Positions 1-19,196 of a stretch of DNA of 64,000 nucleotides are shown one piece after another. Under the pieces are notes generated by a model. It saw nothing but the letters and a program-made list of their open reading frames with translations. It had not been told where the DNA came from and made no database searches. This DNA comes from Tubulanus polymorphus (taxonomy: Eukaryota > Animalia > Nemertea): positions 23,740,950-23,804,949 of the forward strand of contig NC_134029.1 of assembly GCF_964204645.1 (NCBI RefSeq), in the 5' to 3' direction. Position 1 is the first letter of the stretch, and the number at the start of each line of letters is the position of its first letter. The position numbers and the translations under genes were made by a program.

Positions 1-619
1 TCCTTTTCAATCTGCGCTCGTTGTTTCGAGAAATTTCTGATATCCTCCAGTAAATCTGCATCGTGTTGATGTTTATGCTGTAATTTACTCAATTGTTCGG
101 AATGTGTATTTTTTAAAGCCGATGCTGGCTTTACCTGAAATAAACATTCAGTCTCCTTATATCATACACACAGGTATTAAACTATCAATGATGGACAGGA
201 TTATACCTAATACAGAGGCTTATCGTATCTCAGAGTTGTTCAGGTTTTGTAAAAACGATAATCTGTTAAATCCATAATACTATATACTCTGGATTTAATA
301 CATAATTTTTTTTTGCAGCACTAACAACTATAGATACAAGCCCCGGCGCGCGTGTCCATACAAACTATGTCTAATGTAAAGTCCTGTCACCAGGAATTAT
401 TTACTGATATTCCCCCCTATTTTCGAAATATTAAAGATTTCGATAAATTTTCTGCCTAATCTGGGAAATATTTTGGAAATTAATTTTACACTGGTTGCAA
501 TTCTGAATTCTGGGATGTAGGTAGGCCTAGAGGGACGTGCTTTTTGCCTTTATAAGCCAACATACACAATGATAGAGAATATATTTGCACTGTTACCCTA
601 CCTTTATAGATGATTGCAT
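1..619 (-). CDS. FCHSD: F-BAR and double SH3 domain protein (FCHSD1/2, nervous wreck-like), first two coding exons; gene continues off the left edge
   Basis: Exon 602-619 (ATG, MQSSIK|gtaggg) spliced to tttcag|exon 134..1 gives [50 protein letters not shown]. This matches the remembered FCHSD N-terminus (MQPPPRKVK..LKN...EQ..KLQ.KHQ.E.DLLED.R.FS.....IE.E). Confidence 0.88.
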
Positions 620-1590
620 TTTTTCCTTATTTCAATGTTGATGAACGAGGTAAACAGTAAGAATTTTAACTCTGAAGAAGCTGCAAATCTAAATTGGAAA
701 GTCAGAATGTTTGTTAATCAGTCCCGACTTTTCTAGGATTAATTACTGATTCGATGTAATCATTGCTTCGTAGGCAATCAGAATCCACGTCGCGTCTTCG
801 AGGTCAATAAGCCCGAGGAGGGCTTACCTTCCTGAATTTTGAGATATTTTCGTTTTTAGGCAGAATTTCGATAATTCTTCATGCCTCTATTCGAGTTTAC
901 TTCACTAAAAAATCACTTCCGCGTATCTGTCAAAGGTCCGATACAAAATCGCAAACACGAAACGACGCAATCTTTAAAACTCATTAATTTTCAAAAATAC
1001 TCTCAGTATTGAATTTCTGAAATCTAAATACGTAAAAACATACATAAATAATGGGCTAGAGCTGTGATAGATAAAAAATATCGAGTTGAGTCTACCGTTC
1101 GTCCGTTTTCATTTTATAAAGTCCAAAACCGCGTTTTCATCTACATCCATATCCGTGTTTTAACTCGACGCCCCGGAATCTACCGCGCCCGTTTGCCGCA
1201 TTTACTTCAGTAGTTTACGAAAAATAACAACAAAAACAGAAAACGGTAAAAAAGATGCTTCAATAACTCGATTTCTAATCTAAAAATCCCCTTGATAAAT
1301 GTTGTTTGTAATGAGTTAAAACGAGTATTTAGGTTTGAATATATTCCTCTCCTAAAAGAATGAGGTTTTTGACTGAAAAAAGGGGAAAAATCGTCGTTTA
1401 TTTTACTTCCGGGTCAACTCACAGTCAATATTTATTTTGTCTGGAATCAGTTTCTTCTGACGTATTACGCTTGCCACATATTTCTTCTTGAATGGATTCA
1501 TTTCGTATAATATTTTAGGATGATTGGCAGTGAAATTTTAGATCTACCTGTAGCTTCAGTATTTTAAAAGTGCCTTTGTTACCAGAAAAT
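620..1590. promoter_or_regulatory. Divergent (head-to-head) promoter/5'UTR region between FCHSD and the Sfmbt-like gene
   Basis: Start codons at 619(-) and 1591(+) face away from each other. ETS-type ACTTCCG(G) motifs at 915-921 and 1405-1412. TSS positions are not determinable from sequence. Confidence 0.6.
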
Positions 1591-8562
<6,972 letters not shown>

Positions 8563-8670
8563 AATCATCGACGACGTCTGCTTACAATCAGCTCGTGTCT
8601 CGGCTAATTCTGTAAATATAAATTGTCTCCCTTGAAATCAATTATGAAGCCTTTATTCATACACTGTACG

Positions 8671-8843
8671 CGGTCAAACTCGGTTAAGTCGTCATCTGGA
8701 AAGTTGCCACATTGCTGAAGTCATCTCTATTTTTGAGGCCCAATTGTATTTTCAATTTAATCTACTAAGTTTAAATCATCGTTTGTATTGGCCATCGACA
8801 ATAATGATCGTCCCTACTAGGAAGACTTAACCGTATTTGACTG
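8671..8843. mobile_element. Tc1/mariner-like MITE in the Sfmbt-like 3'UTR
   Basis: TIR CGGTCAAACTCGGTTAAGTC versus reverse complement of the right end CAGTCAAATACGGTTAAGTC (17/20). Confidence 0.65.
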
Positions 8844-10125
8844 TGTTTGTATAAGATAGACCCGAGCTTACTCGCGGTTAAAGCTTGGACCGTAAATATT
8901 GCACTGAGGTGACCTTATAACGACTTTAGATTCAGGGAAATTTAAAGAGTTTTAAAATTCACCACCGAGTAAGAATAGGTCCAGGGTCAGTTGCTCAAAA
9001 GTTAGTTAGAGTTCAGTTCTGGACAATACCATTTCAATTGTCTCGATCCCGTTCCAGCTGTTAACTTTAAACAAACTTTCGAGCGTCTAACTCCTCTATT
9101 TTACTGGCTGCCTGAAAATAAAGTTGGAAATTGTAGATTCAAAAATGAAATTCTTCGATAATGGTTCTAATGGTTCTACTGTGCCAAAACGTAATTCATA
9201 ATATGTACATATAATGCATGAAACAAATAATATTGAAACCATTCATAATTCGATATTAGAATACCTGGTATAGTTTCAACTGATGATGATAAACAGTATT
9301 TATTCCTGAGGAGACTGAAATCATAACTCACTCCATCCTCATCCCGCGGGTGATTATGTAATGAGGCATTTTCGTATTTATTTGATTTCTTTGACGTTTT
9401 GTTAAATTATGTTGATTATTGTTGTAAATGACGTGTAAAATAGTTTCTATTAAATGGTCAGGTTCATCGTATTATTCATTCTTCAAAATCGTTACTACGT
9501 TTAGTGTTACCGTCGCCCGTTGTTCGCTGGTTATTTTTGTATTGCATTTATATTTCAAACACTTGAATATTAGTTTAGTTTGTGTATAAGAATCCGATAG
9601 AATTTCCATTTTGAATCGATAAGACTTCGTTCAATTGATAACTACTAGTTGCGGGCTACGTATGGCAGGTGTAAACTCATTTACCCAGCTAGTATCGGTA
9701 AAAATTCTTATCGATTCTCAAATCCTGCTGGTCGACAGTCCGGCGTGGCTACATCAAAGTATGTACTACAGACGTTATTGATTTACCATACTAACAAATC
9801 TTTTGGTGAGCGAAGGATACGGCAGGTACCTATTAAACTGACATCTGATGGCATTCATCAGAATTGTGCTTGGCAAATAATATCTGTAGTCCCTATTGTA
9901 CGTAAGCTATTTCTTTCCAGCTCGTAGACATATCATAACTTTGCTCTGTACTATGGAATCTAGGGCGTTTTATCGATTAAAGATTAGAAAAAAATTATTT
10001 CGCTCTAGTAAAACTGAAGGCAACACTTTTAGATCTGGGATAGAGCTATATGTATATTTTGTACTAGTGTAAATGTATTTATATTGTAAATATTTAAAGA
10101 CAAAATAATCGCTGTTAAAATGATG

Positions 10126-10131
10126 AATAAA
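10126..10131 (+). terminator. Probable polyadenylation signal of the Sfmbt-like gene
   Basis: AATAAA followed ~30 nt later by a GT-rich tract (ttgttgtcttgttgttgtggttg). This implies a ~1.6 kb 3'UTR. Confidence 0.55.
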
Positions 10132-11687
10132 GTTCTTTGAGAGTAAAACTGTTAAATTGAATTGTTGTCTTGTTGTTGTGGTTGACGTTAAGAGGACTCA
10201 CGATGTTGTTGGTACTGGTGTATTTGTGTGAGGTTTCTGGAACATGAAATCCGGTACATCTCGAACACAACTTTCCTTTTTATATCTGTTTAATCAGAGA
10301 GATTTGTAAAAACGTTCATACATTTTGATAAAATCTGGTGTATATTTTGTTTGCTTCTCAGAATGTCACCCGTATGTGAAGACATCGACGGACAAAGACG
10401 GAAATCAACCAGAGGATTTAGATTGAACGGTTATGCGAAAGACGCTACAGTGCGTTACAATGGCCATAGAAAAATGGCATAGTAAATGGAAGCCAAAATG
10501 GCGTATGTTTGACGCCATATCGACGACGGTTTTAACACAATGGTAGTTTTAGGGCCTTTCTCTTCTGGAAGACGGTATAATCTTCGGCTGACGTCACGGA
10601 ACGATTGGTGGAAACTTCTAAAGGCGGCAATCGAAAGAGGGAATTGTTGATAATTCCTCTCCCGGGGCCTTACACGACAAATCTCCGAAACTTGTAAAAT
10701 CACCATATTTTGAATATAAGTCCCAAAATCACGAGCATCCAAATCTTTTCGGTCTTTCTCTATAAACCACTACCAAGGAATTTAGAGAATGATAGAAAAT
10801 TCAGATATTTGTAAAATATCTGACTCATTGCGAAGTTTTACCTCAGTGGAATAGCGCACGTGTCTCTAACTGACGGTCAAACAAACTATGAGGTCACGCA
10901 CTGGAGCTCACCCTGACCTCATATTCGGAGCCAATCGAAAGACCTCATCGTTTCTTTGGTATTTTGGGCAATGAAAGCAGATTTATTCACTGACGAGTTT
11001 TTAAAAGACAATTTTTTAAAAAGTTCCTTATATATATTCATATCATTTATTTGTTTTTATTCATTCAAATAACCAGGCACCAGTCATAATATTATTATTG
11101 GACAGACATAGCGAGCCTATTTTTCACATCAGATTTCCACCACAAATTATTGAAACTAAATGATTTCCATGTACGCGCACTTCACAAGCTACATCTGGAG
11201 ATTACGTACTTTTCTCGTGGTCACAAATACTCAATAGAGAAAGTTGATTTATACTAATACATTATAAACAACACAATTTATTGCACAATGTCTGAATTAT
11301 GGAACATTTCACGAAACAGAATATCTGATATTTTTAACTTCATAGATCTGGAGAGAATCATTTTACGAGCACTCATAAAACAAAATTAATTACACATAAA
11401 CTACAAAATCCTTGATATTAGAATATTCTACCAAAAGATGTCTATTGCACAATAATGAAGATTTATGATTGCCTATCTAAAATACACTGAACAAGAGATA
11501 TAAATTGAACCGCAGTAGATTAATTTTTGCCGATTTCCGGTGAAGCAACAAACAAACATTCGACTAAACAGAAGGAAATATCATAAATGATAGAACCTAA
11601 ATCGTTGTAACCTTTTTAATGTATAACCATCATTTAGATGGACGACCACATTTGAAATGAATAAACAGACAACTATTATGTATTATA

Positions 11688-12791
11688 TCAGCTATTGTAG
11701 TTGATCAAATCCGCTTTTTCTGTCGTAGAAAAATTCAATATTTTTTCGTACGATTTTTTGTCATCGTTTTCGTAGAAATCGTTGAAAGTTTGCAAATTGA
11801 CGATGTTTTTTTCGATCTTCAGTTCGTTGTTATCCATCGTCTGCGTGACATTCGTGTTGCCAGATGACGTCATTACATTTAGATTGTTAAACGTCAAGTT
11901 GTCGACGGTATTTTTCACCGAATCCGACGATGGTTTTAAGACATTATCATTTATCAAATCGTCGTTTGATTTGGTGAGAATGCCAAACGACGATTCGAGA
12001 CCCCCGACGTCGTCCAGACGTTCCAACTCAAGTTCATAATCGTCACTGAATATACTATGGGTATCGATATGCACCATGCTGTATGTGGTCCACGTATTCA
12101 ACTCTCTGTCATAATCTGCCTCATATTGCTCGTAGGTTTCCAAGTCATATTCCATCTCGTCGCAACTGGCGCTGTCGTATTCCAGCGTGTCGAAAGCACC
12201 TTCAAGCGCCGAATCGACGTAACGTTCATAAATACTACAATACGTTCGATCTTCGTTGTCGCCGAGGTGACAAAACTCGCAATGGTCTCTCAATCTGAGA
12301 CCTTTAGTTAAAGCCACAAGATGCGCTAATCGCTCAAAATGCAGCTTTTCTTGAGACTTGTTTGCATAGCTGCTGCCTTCGCGTTTTAGGTACTCCAGAC
12401 CTATAGCACCAGTTATAGATGAATTCAGTTTATTAGGATCGGATGAAGAAGAAACTTCTCGCGTCCAAACTTCACTATTCGTATCCTTAGCAATATCGGC
12501 CGGTTCAACCGTCCGCTGAGTAGGTTTATCAACCACATCGCAACTTATCAGTCCTACCAGGTCTACCGGACCGTCACGTTGCTTACCGTAATTTGCGGAC
12601 ATGTTGTCTGATACTGAACGAGATAAGTTAGTAGCGGGTTCGATGGCGTCAGTAATTGTGTCAATAGCCGATGACAACCCTTTGAGTCCCAGGATAAGCT
12701 TGTCTATGTCATTTATAACATCGGTTATATCAACGGCGAGGTTCTTTACTTGATTTCCGATTTCTTGTCGATTTGAGGAGGACGGATTCAT
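11688..12791 (-). CDS. Single-coding-exon acidic protein (367 aa) with a Largen/PRR16-INSYN1 (DUF4589-like) N-terminal amphipathic helix
   Basis: 1.1 kb uninterrupted ORF. ATG at 12791 lies 39 nt after a tattttgcag acceptor (exon starts 12830) and has in-frame stops upstream. EIGNQVKNLAVDITDVINDIDKLILGLKGLSSAIDTITDAI aligns without gaps to the remembered human PRR16 segment KVKEQIKIIVEDLELVLGDLKDVAKELKEVVDQIDTLTSDL. Minus-strand AATAAA at 11277-11282. Confidence 0.72.
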   Translation of the reverse strand: MNPSSSNRQEIGNQVKNLAVDITDVINDIDKLILGLKGLSSAIDTITDAIEPATNLSRSVSDNMSANYGKQRDGPVDLVGLISCDVVDKPTQRTVEPADIAKDTNSEVWTREVSSSSDPNKLNSSITGAIGLEYLKREGSSYANKSQEKLHFERLAHLVALTKGLRLRDHCEFCHLGDNEDRTYCSIYERYVDSALEGAFDTLEYDSASCDEMEYDLETYEQYEADYDRELNTWTTYSMVHIDTHSIFSDDYELELERLDDVGGLESSFGILTKSNDDLINDNVLKPSSDSVKNTVDNLTFNNLNVMTSSGNTNVTQTMDNNELKIEKNIVNLQTFNDFYENDDKKSYEKILNFSTTEKADLINYNS

Positions 12792-13617
12792 CACTATACA
12801 TGTCCTTCAGATATCCGTAACTTACTAAACCTGCAAAATACAAGAGATGCACCGTTAACACGATCAGTGTTACAAGATACTAATAGATATTCATCTCACT
12901 GTTCGTGTCTTCTGTGCCGACGACAAATGAACAATCAATTCCACGTCTGACTCAAACCCGACTCGCGGTTAGCCCAATCTCTATTGCGAAGACAAGGAAG
13001 TCACTTTCTAAAGACTTCGCGTATGGCTGAATTATGCCTGATCATTGGGTCAAATTTGATTTTCTGATTTATTCTATTTTCGTTTATGGCTGAAAACTTA
13101 ATGCCAGTTTCTAAATGACGATGACTAAGACACGTAAAGATCAAAGCTATGGAAATGTCAGGGGCGCGTTTATAAGTCGTTACGTGCGCCGTATCTTATT
13201 CATCGCCATTTTACGAATAGTTTTCCAAACGTCAACCTGACTAATTATTCATAAGGTTTGCTCTAACGGCGGGTAATTATCTGCGATATCTGTTTGTGAT
13301 GGTCGATATGCGACATGAAACTGTGCAGGATTTTTAATCATCACAAAAACAACATACGTAATATTACTCTACAGATAACGTTTGGTGTTCTCGTGTCTGG
13401 TTTTGTATCCTGCGTGAACGCGGAGGTTTTACTTTAAGCCGAAAATAGACACCGCGACAGGAACGACTAACGGGCAAAATTTCAGATCGATTCGACTCAA
13501 GAAGAAACAAGCATTTTTAATCCGGCGATGTTCTAGAAATAGTCGGGAATGTTTCCCTATCGCAATCCAGTGCGCATCAGTCGTCACATCAGAATTCATA
13601 GGGATTGAGAACTGCTG

Positions 13618-13736
13618 GACCTAGTTCCACAGTTCCACAGTGAGTTACGTAGAGTTAATTCTGAGCTGAAATTAGTCCATTTTCGATTAGTTAAAACTCT
13701 GAGTCAAATCTTCACACAGAACTGTGGAACTGGATC
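13618..13736. mobile_element. PIF/Harbinger-like MITE (NNNCCAGTT...AACTGG termini)
   Basis: gacctagttccacagtt ... aactgtggaactggatc inverted termini. The same family occurs at 28196-28406, 28623-28733 and ~61420-61560. Confidence 0.7.
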
Positions 13737-16700
13737 ATGTCATTCTTGTGGCCTATAGTCTCGATTATCATTGTTAATAACTACATTGCTTTCATCGGAA
13801 AAGTTGATATTTTTCCACATTCTTCGAGCCTTTGGTTCTAAAGGTTGTTTAATCTATAAACCACCATTTCGCCTACAGCGTCAGTAATTATAGAAGTTGA
13901 TGTACATATTGTTTTCAACCTCCGTACAGCGTATCAAATTTAAGCTCAAGTATCGAATCTACGGATAAGATTTGCTCCTACACAAATTAACTCACAAGTT
14001 GACACAGATGTACGCACAAGTAATTGACACAAGGCTATACACAAGTTGACATGGTTCCGGTGACGAATACAAGAGTTTACGCTGACATAAGTTCGATGAA
14101 CAGCGTTTCGACATTTGAAAACTTTTAGAAAATCTAATATTTTAACAAATATTAGATTTTCCTATTCTCGAAGAATGATCGACGTCGGAAATTCAGGAGG
14201 AAAGATCGAGAGTCAAAACGTGGTCAGAAAAAGCGTTGTTACAACATGAAAGAAACTGCAGCGATAAGAGAATCATGCACTCAAAATGCGACGTGACCGT
14301 TTCGACGGTATTGTCTTTCCCCATCGGAAATTGGAGACATATACTTTATACTCTGAAGCTATTGCCAACGCGAGATGAGCGTAACTTTAAAGGTCCACGC
14401 GGAATTTATGCAATAATTTTATTCTAAAGAATAGACTTTGAAGAAATGTTAATTATGTTGCGTGTAGCGCGCCGTGGCAGTCAGTGGCTATGGTATTACC
14501 TGATCCGTTCAGTCTCTCGGTGCTTGTATGGCATTCTGCTTATTACATCAGATCAAAGTGAAATTAATCCTTTTGTAACGAACTTTCAAAAGAAATTCAG
14601 AAATCTTTCCCGAGCAAAAATTGAATTTTAGATATAGATTTATGTAAAACTATCTGCGGAAGCTAACCCCAATCATTTCCGACTGGTTGGAAGATTGTTT
14701 GAATGAACCGGAACCGTAGCACTTCCATCTAAACGAAAACTGTTATTTCGACCATCGCTATATCTACACCAAATCATAAAATCAAGCGGAATCTCAAAAC
14801 AAATAAATAGCAGGGTCAATCCCTATTTTAAGATTGAAAAAAAAAACATTCCTTCAATGACAAACTGACTATCCAGGTGGGTTTTGGAAGCAGCGTAAAC
14901 CGATTCGTGATGGATGGACAGATTTCATTCTTTTTTCATGCAACTAAGATTACAGATTCTGAAAGAAAGGGGTCTAACACGCGCGGATGCGCGATGCGCT
15001 TACAGTCAAACACCAGCTGTTAATCACTATTCACATCATCACGAACCTTCATTAATTTCAGATCGATATGACTCAACGTTTTGTCGAGAAAACCGGTCAG
15101 AATGAGAGAAAAAACACGAATTCGAAAGATAACTTCTCGAATATTTCTTATACTCGTACAAACATGAGATGGTGCTGCGGATTCATTTGCAAAGTTGAGA
15201 TGCAATTAGTTCCTTTTCAGAACCGACGAAGTGCGACCGGAGCCGCTGTTATATTTTGGCGCTTCCTATATTCCTATATTCTCCATTACCACCGTGGAAA
15301 AATGGAGCACCTGTTCCGATATATTGTGTTGGGTCGTCCCTTTGCTTCCGACAGGGACCTGATTTGTTATAGTCAAATTCAACCCCTAACTGTGGCTGCT
15401 GTGGACTCTTACTGTTCTATAATCAGTTCAATGTATCTCATGTTTCGTTGCAGAATACTTTTTCTGTCCAATATCGTAAAACCAGACAATGGACGTCATA
15501 TATCTTCAAGATTAGATTCGCTATTTCTACTTCTTATCGATCACATTTGGCGCATGCTTCGGTTACTAATTGTTAGCCGTTAATTAATCTTAATCCTAAT
15601 CCTCGTCAGCTGAGAATATGACACGAGGGACCGTTACATATATATATATACTTCACTTGCTACTGGCTATATCCCTAAGTTAATAATAACACATCAGGTA
15701 AATACACGCGTTTTGCGGATGATAAATAAAATGTTCCTCCAATTACTGAACAAATATTCTTGCATCGATGATGGTAAATGGCCGCGCAGTACGACGACCA
15801 AGCGATGGTAAAATCTGCCTTTCAGGAAGCTTTTATAGAATTGCCAATATACGTCTATCACTAAACAGCTGGTAATCGTGAAGTTATAGACGAAAACGTG
15901 GTTGTACCGGCAGGTCTATACTAAACAATGCTAATATTTTTGTCGCTCGACATTATCAAATCGACACGACATCTCTCTACACCGATCTAACGTGGTGGCC
16001 GGCCTTATGTAAACCTAACATTTTTTCAAAAGAGATTAATCAAATACTTATCTCGGTTAGCGTTTCCGAGCACGTTAAATGCATTTGGTTGATATAATTT
16101 ACCTCTCCATCTGTTCACAATAGATTGATCAATTACCATCAGAGAATACAGTTAATACCCCGAGTAGAAAAAAAATATCGAATTAGTGAACACTGAGCTG
16201 TACACGTGAATCGCTGAAATCGTAAAGCTTAGATTCCGTCTAGCTACAATTCCAGCTATTTCTTTTTTTTCATCTTAGAACAGGGATTGTCTCTGTCTTT
16301 ATATTGAGTTTAGATTGAGTGACCCTTACAGACCTACCACACCTGCCGGGAGCGAAACAGGGGGTTTGAAATTGGAAATCGAAGTACAGTTATAGTTGTG
16401 TGATCGGCGGTCGAGTTTATAGAATTGTTTGTTTAAATTGGAGTACATGATTGGGAAATTCGGTTCCGGTTCATTCGAACAATCTTCTATTCAGTTTGAA
16501 CAGGCAAGCGACTGATTGGGGGCGATTTTCTTGGCTGCCTAACTTAATACATCGAGATTTTGGAAATAGCTATATTACAAGGTTGAAGATCATTTTGTCC
16601 ATTTTTATATTTTCTGGTCGTTGCTTATGTGTAAATAGTCCGATAATTTATTGTAGTTTTTTCACGGGTAGAGGCGCCGCACCACGTCAATAGTTTCGCA

Positions 16701-17219
16701 TGTTCTTTCAATGTATCGCAAATTGCAGAGAAATAAAAGTCTATGTTCTACCTTTGAAAAATAAGAGCTACAGCATTTAATGCAGTGGTCTATTGTTAAA
16801 AGCTTTCACGAAAGATCACTTGGATTTAGTCTTGCTTTTAACTTATTAATACCACGAAAGTTCAAGAAGAGGGTGTAATCGCAACAATTCGTAACTTTCC
16901 CGAATTTAAGAAAGTGAAGGAATCTTTTCACATCACAAGACCCAAACCTCAAGCTAGCAGTATCTTCAAAAAAAAGCAGATACCTCATGTATCCTTCGCC
17001 GTGTATGACATTAGCTTGAGTTCAATACATACGAACTTAATAAAATCTGGAGTGCAAATGCTGTATAACAATTAACTGTCTATTTTTTATACCCTGTGCT
17101 TCAAAAGGGGTAAAATTTCTTAAGTTTTATTTTATTTTATTGCTCCACAAAATTTTACAAGTTTGCACAGAGCACAGTAGTATTGCAAAATATAAATATA
17201 AAGGCGGAAGTTATAGAGG

Positions 17220-17299
17220 TTAACCCTTTTGGACATGAAACATCATATCATCTTCATCGTGATATTAGGAAGATTATGTTTCGTGACCCAAAGGGTTAA
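17220..17299. mobile_element. 72-bp piggyBac-like MITE with TTAA target duplications
   Basis: TTAA|CCCTTTTGGACATGAAACAT ... ATGTTTCGTGACCCAAAGGG|TTAA. TIR match 17/20, with CCC..GGG termini. Confidence 0.7.
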
Positions 17300-18760
17300 A
17301 AAATTGGCAGGTATTAATCATATTAATCATATCAATTGTATTAATCATTCAGCAAGTGATGACAGAACTTTCAGCACACATATTATGGTTTATGGTTAAA
17401 CATAACATGTTAAACCTTTTTTTATGAATACTGTTACTTGAAGCAATATATCTAAATCTGAATCTGAATATCACAACTGTTTACGTCATGATTCTGACAA
17501 CAACCTCGACAAACGAGGAATTCTACACCGGTCCATTAGATGTTTTACACTAATTAGTGTTTCATAATCTATACACTCTCATCACATCACACCACACATA
17601 CTTCTTACACGTTATTATCTGCGTACACACACTTCCCCTTGAGACAGTCATTATATTCAGGTTTTACACCGAGATTCGAGAATGGAATATACGGATACAA
17701 ACGAATCATGATCGTCATCATCGTCATCATCGTCAACATCATCAGTGTCTCGTGTGATATTCCGGTATTTATGCGGCTCGAAGGCGAGTCCACCGGACGT
17801 AGGCCAGAAGCGCAGTCGATTTGAAATACAATGACAAAAAGTTTCTTTAATCGTTTTCTAAGCGTACGTACTCAAAATGAACAAATTAATTATTCATCGA
17901 ATTGATAGCTCTTCATCAGCCTCCGTCGTACGCACACAGACACTTCATCGAAAAAACCTGAAGCATTTAATCCGTCAGAATTGTAGATGAGGTGCTTTGT
18001 AATGTTAATCTTGTAATAAGAGCGCAAAAATACAACGCACAAAATACGGAACCTTTAAAAGGTGCGTGTAGGTGAATGTATATACGAGGCGTTTTTAAGA
18101 ATAAGCCGTTATTGATCATATTTCAGTAAAAAAATGCGTCTAATGATTTTGTCTTTTGAAAATGTAACGCATATCTCGCAACAAGATGCTGTCTGTTTCA
18201 TCTTCATACCACGGACGTGGGAGAGTCCATCATCAAACCTAACGCGACGTAAAAAAAAGATGCTACCGCAAAGCTGCAAAATGTGCAAAAAACATTTTAT
18301 GATGATATCGAATCAGTTTGAAGTATGTTGTGTGTGTACTTGTAAGAGACATGTTGTACGTCAGAAGGACGTCGATACATCACGTCTGTCTGTGCGATAT
18401 TATTAGTAAGGAGCTCTATAATCGAGTAATCACGTTAGTTGCGTGGCGGATATGTGTTGATCGCTCACTCCAGCATCGCTTAGTTGTTTTCTCGTTCGCA
18501 CTTGACGGTCGGTGAAATGAGGATTTTGTCCCAAAATATGTATTCTATACGTGATGAACCACACCCACTTACAGCCTGCCCGAAACCTCGCTTGCAAATA
18601 TTGATATGATAGAATTGAATGCGAATCATGACAAGATAAAACAACATCTCTTAAAAGCAGTTGAAGGGCATTGGCCATATTTTGGTTATATGCTCTAACA
18701 TCACATGGATTGTTCAGATGTATTGGACGTCGATAGGTCGACAGTGACTTCCGACTTACG

Positions 18761-19196
18761 CATGGCGGACAATATGACGCACTGTGACGTCAAGTGTCCA
18801 TGTACTGGTCCACTCCTATATGTGTACTTAGCGACGTCACGTGTCACATGCGCCATTCATGACAGCTAAATGATCGTCATATTGGCCGTGATCATAATAG
18901 CGTTTTTTGCCAGGGCCATATCCTGAACGACTGTTTACACGGGTGCCAAATGGACCCGTGATTGTTCGGCCCGATTAGAAATGTCGGACCAATGACTTCG
19001 AACTTCAGGTATCCACCTAAGCATGACGGACAATATGACGCACTGTGACGTCAGTGGCCATAGTCCACTCGCATGCATGCGTACGAAGTGACGTCACGTA
19101 TCACGTGCCATTGATGTCTCTGTCAGACGTTTTTTACTTTCTATTTCAGTCGGCCACCTGTGCCCGCCGGTCAATACGGTACGCTGTGTGACGTCA
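18761..19196. repeat. Diverged ~95-bp direct repeat pair carrying a cluster of TGACGTCA (CRE) palindromes
   Basis: catg(g/a)cggacaatatgacgcactgtgacgtca...gacgtcacgt.tcac.tg..ccatt at 18761 and 19022. Perfect TGACGTCA at 18785, 19046, 19089 and 19189. Confidence 0.75.

Noticed and set aside
10380-10742. 95-aa minus ORF and faint LINE-like C-terminal words on the plus strand
   Set aside because: Non-ATG start, no motif support, and similarity too weak to call.
11782-12311. Plus-strand ORFs antisense to the Largen-like CDS; likewise 54023-54247 and 54871-55122 antisense to EF-Tu
   Set aside because: Typical shadow ORFs of real coding sequence.
15068-15583. 171-aa plus-strand ORF
   Set aside because: No recognisable domain. 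The opposite strand shows faint RTE-LINE-like words (QRNMRYI, KGRP) with stops, so it is probably a decayed retroelement, but too weak to annotate.
17905-17926. Minus-strand ctgatgaagagct resembling part of miR-745/miR-22 or a hammerhead start
   Set aside because: The seed region does not match, there is no precursor hairpin, and no GAAA follows a stem.
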